A stretch of DNA of 64,000 nucleotides from Prevotella sp. (GTDB lineage Bacteria > Bacteroidota > Bacteroidia > Bacteroidales > Bacteroidaceae). A program made the position numbers and the translations under genes. Below are positions 61,632-64,000 of this stretch, piece by piece (the first letter of the stretch is position 1; each line of letters opens with the position of its first letter). The DNA lies in the NCBI GenBank assembly GCA_022641735.1, contig JALCDQ010000004.1, positions 120,192-184,191 of the forward strand, in the 5' to 3' direction. The notes beneath the pieces are model-generated. The model did no database searches. It saw only the letters and a program-made list of their open reading frames with translations, and was not told the DNA's origin.

Positions 61632-62852
61632 CTAGATTCCAGCGCCAGCCGAAATGAACCATCCTTTGCCTTTGAACGAAGAAGAATGGCAGCGGTTCTT
61701 TGTGTTAGCATCAAGGAATCTGACGTATTCACATGCTGCGAGCAGAAATGCGCCCGTGCCAAAGTTAGCCTGCGAATCGGCATTGATTATCTGCCCCGGA
61801 ATGGCTTTCTCGCCTATCGGTTGCACATACCCAATTTTCCCGTCACTCTGGAGCGCGGTCGATGTGAGATATTTCCAAGCTCGGCTGATCACAGGCACGA
61901 AATCTTTTTTATTCAACAGTCCATTGTTCACGCCCCATAACATTCCATAAGTGAAGAATGCCGTTCCGCTGGTTTCAGGACCCGGAGCCTGTTCCGGATC
62001 CATCATGCTGCGTGTCCAATATCCTTCCTTTTGTTGCAAGGCAGCCACGGCATAAGACAGACGAACATATTTATCCACGAAAAACTGACAGTGCTTATAA
62101 CCCGTGGGCATATCCTTGAGCACCTTGGCAAGTCCTGCCAACACCCAACCATCACCACGCGCCCAGAAATCTTTCTTGCCGCTATTGGTCTTGTGCTTCG
62201 GGTAGATGTATTTGCCGTCGCGAAAATAGAGCCCAGTCTCTGTATCAAGCATGATACTGTCGGAATACTGAATATTTTCATAGAGCTTGTCGAGATATTT
62301 CTCCTCCCCCGTAAGCCTGTACATCTTCGTCATCACGGGCATCACCATGTAGAGGGCATCCGCCCACCACCAATAGTCATGCACCTTGCTGTCGGCTTCA
62401 TAAGACATCACCTCCACGGCTCGGGCGATTCGGTCACGGTAAGGGGAATCACTGAGCATATACTGCCCACAGTTGGCGATGTTGAAGAGGTCGATATAGG
62501 TCTGAAAACAAGTCTGCCAGTCGCCGAAGAGCACGTGCTGCTGGTCTGCGCCATTTCTGCGATACTCCCAGCGGGCAGGATCGCTCTCAGTGGCACCTTT
62601 CCAGTGGTTGTATTCAGCCCATTGTTCGGAATACTGGCGGAACTTATCGTTTTTTGTCAGCAGATATGCCTCCATATTTCCTGTGTGATAAGCCGCATTA
62701 TCCCAGAACGAGCTTACTTCGGCTTTGTTGTTTGCCTGCCAGTAATTGTTCACCTTATTGATGATGGCCACCACGTCACATACCTTCCATTTCTTAGCCT
62801 GCATTCCACACACCAGACAAAGCATGATTGATAGAATCAGAGATTTCTTCAT
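61632..62852 (-). CDS. GH105/GH88 unsaturated uronyl hydrolase
   Basis: Signal peptide, FWDNAAYHTG, WWWADALYMVMP, FWARGDGWV, ETSGTAFF and FGTGAFLLAA. Confidence 0.88.
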   Translation of the reverse strand: MKKSLILSIMLCLVCGMQAKKWKVCDVVAIINKVNNYWQANNKAEVSSFWDNAAYHTGNMEAYLLTKNDKFRQYSEQWAEYNHWKGATESDPARWEYRRNGADQQHVLFGDWQTCFQTYIDLFNIANCGQYMLSDSPYRDRIARAVEVMSYEADSKVHDYWWWADALYMVMPVMTKMYRLTGEEKYLDKLYENIQYSDSIMLDTETGLYFRDGKYIYPKHKTNSGKKDFWARGDGWVLAGLAKVLKDMPTGYKHCQFFVDKYVRLSYAVAALQQKEGYWTRSMMDPEQAPGPETSGTAFFTYGMLWGVNNGLLNKKDFVPVISRAWKYLTSTALQSDGKIGYVQPIGEKAIPGQIINADSQANFGTGAFLLAACEYVRFLDANTKNRCHSSSFKGKGWFISAGAGI

Positions 62853-63169
62853 AATAGATTAGTACAATATATGTTTCTTGTGCAAATGTAATCATTTATA
62901 TTTTATTCATTGATCTCACCATATCATTTTTAACCCTATTTAGGCTTTGCACATTCGGTTTCTGACAAGTGAAAATTTTCAAACTAGAAGATGGCGCCAA
63001 CAAGCAAGTGCAAATAGGGATAATCATTTTTTTGTTTTATAGCAAAAAAAATAGAGATAAAGGCCACTGCTTCGTCAACAATGGTCTTTTGGACGGTAAA
63101 ATAAGTCAATCTTTTTAGACTTAAAAATGTAAGCGGCTAATGCTAAACCGCTCCCATCATTATCTTTTC

Positions 63170-64000
63170 TCAAAATATTTTTTCAGCCACTGCATCAAAC
63201 TTCGATAGCTTAGTTGAGAGCTCCATCATGTCATTCTCGATTTTCTTGTTGGTAATGCGTGCGTAGATTTGTGTCGTTTTGATGTTCGTATGTCCCAGCA
63301 TCTTGCTCACCGTCTCTATTGGCACGCCTTTACTGAGGCTCATCGTCGCAAAGGTATGACGGGCTACATGAAATGTCAGTTGCTTCTTGATTCCGCAGAT
63401 ATCACCGATTTCCTTAAGATAGGAATTCGTCTTTTGGTTAGATAGCATAGGCAAAAGATACCCGTTCCTTCTTCTGTCCGCATATTTTGCTATGATTTCC
63501 TTTGGTATGTCCAGCAGGATGATATTGGTTGCGACCCTGGTCTTTTTCCTCTGTGTCATTATCCACTGCTTCCCATCAAGCTCCACAATATTATCTTCCT
63601 TGAGATGGGCCGCGTCAATGTAGGCCAATCCCGTGAAACAGGAAAAGACAAAGATGTCACGGACGGCATTAAGTCTGTCACAGCCAAAATCCTTCTTCAT
63701 TATTTTTATGACCTCTTCATCAGTTAAGAATGCCCTGTGGGTAGGCTCCAGATGAAAGCGTACGTTCAAGAAAGGATCATGGTCAAGGAGTCCTGACTTC
63801 TGGGCAAAAATAATTATGGTCTTGAAGGTCTTAAGCATCTTGGTAGCCGTATTCGGACAGAACTTGGCTTCGGAAAGAAGATAAATCTCAAAATCATGTA
63901 TCGTAAGGGGCTTCAGCTCCGAGAGATACATATCGCTTCTTCTGTATTTGAAAGACAGAAAGTTCTTGATATGCATCTTGCAGTTCTTGTATTTCTGGAG
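63170..64000 (-). CDS. Site-specific tyrosine integrase (Bacteroidales type), 5' end outside window
   Basis: FSCFTGLAYID, RKKT, SNQKTNSYLKEI, TFHVARHTFAT and LGHTNIKTTQIYA. The frame is open to the window edge. Confidence 0.94.
   Translation of the reverse strand, partial: LQKYKNCKMHIKNFLSFKYRRSDMYLSELKPLTIHDFEIYLLSEAKFCPNTATKMLKTFKTIIIFAQKSGLLDHDPFLNVRFHLEPTHRAFLTDEEVIKIMKKDFGCDRLNAVRDIFVFSCFTGLAYIDAAHLKEDNIVELDGKQWIMTQRKKTRVATNIILLDIPKEIIAKYADRRRNGYLLPMLSNQKTNSYLKEIGDICGIKKQLTFHVARHTFATMSLSKGVPIETVSKMLGHTNIKTTQIYARITNKKIENDMMELSTKLSKFDAVAEKIF

Noticed and set aside
62031-62831. 266-aa + strand ORF (likewise 34760-35476 and 49622-50254)
   Set aside because: Antisense to well-supported glycoside hydrolase genes.
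63020-63140. Possible att site or terminator downstream of the integrase
   Set aside because: Only weak inverted A/T tracts and an imperfect stem, with no partner repeat found in the window.

Overview
This is a Bacteroidales (Prevotella-like) window with no rRNA, tRNA or CRISPR seen. The left end (1-12.6 kb) is accessory: umuDC, anSME plus a Ser-type sulfatase, a DUF5703/GH95-like protein, a Tat-type metallophosphoesterase and a Fic protein, separated by decayed IS fragments and dispersed non-coding repeats. The centre (12.7-59.7 kb) is a large arabinoxylan-type polysaccharide utilisation locus. It contains an HTCS regulator, GH43, GH3, GH51, the tandem susC-susD-susC-susD-lipoprotein-GH10 core, five enzymes/proteins with T9SS-type C-terminal tails (GH5-GH43, a non-catalytic protein, GH146, GH31, GH27), then tkt and a high-GC araP-araD-araA-araB block. 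The right end holds gene remnants, a GH105/88 gene and a partial tyrosine integrase. The most notable observations are: (1) an uncharacterised ~130-aa 'FPL' module shared by the secreted proteins and making up the whole non-catalytic protein; (2) the core GH10 has its nucleophile Glu replaced by Gln; (3) two adjacent genes are cut off from their secretion tails by one-base frameshifts at A-AAA-AAG runs (recoding, phase variation or sequencing error); (4) a 21-bp-spaced direct repeat lies exactly 41 bp from the -7 box in four promoters; (5) dispersed intergenic elements with 22-bp periodicity sit at module junctions. All family assignments come from motif recognition, not database searches.
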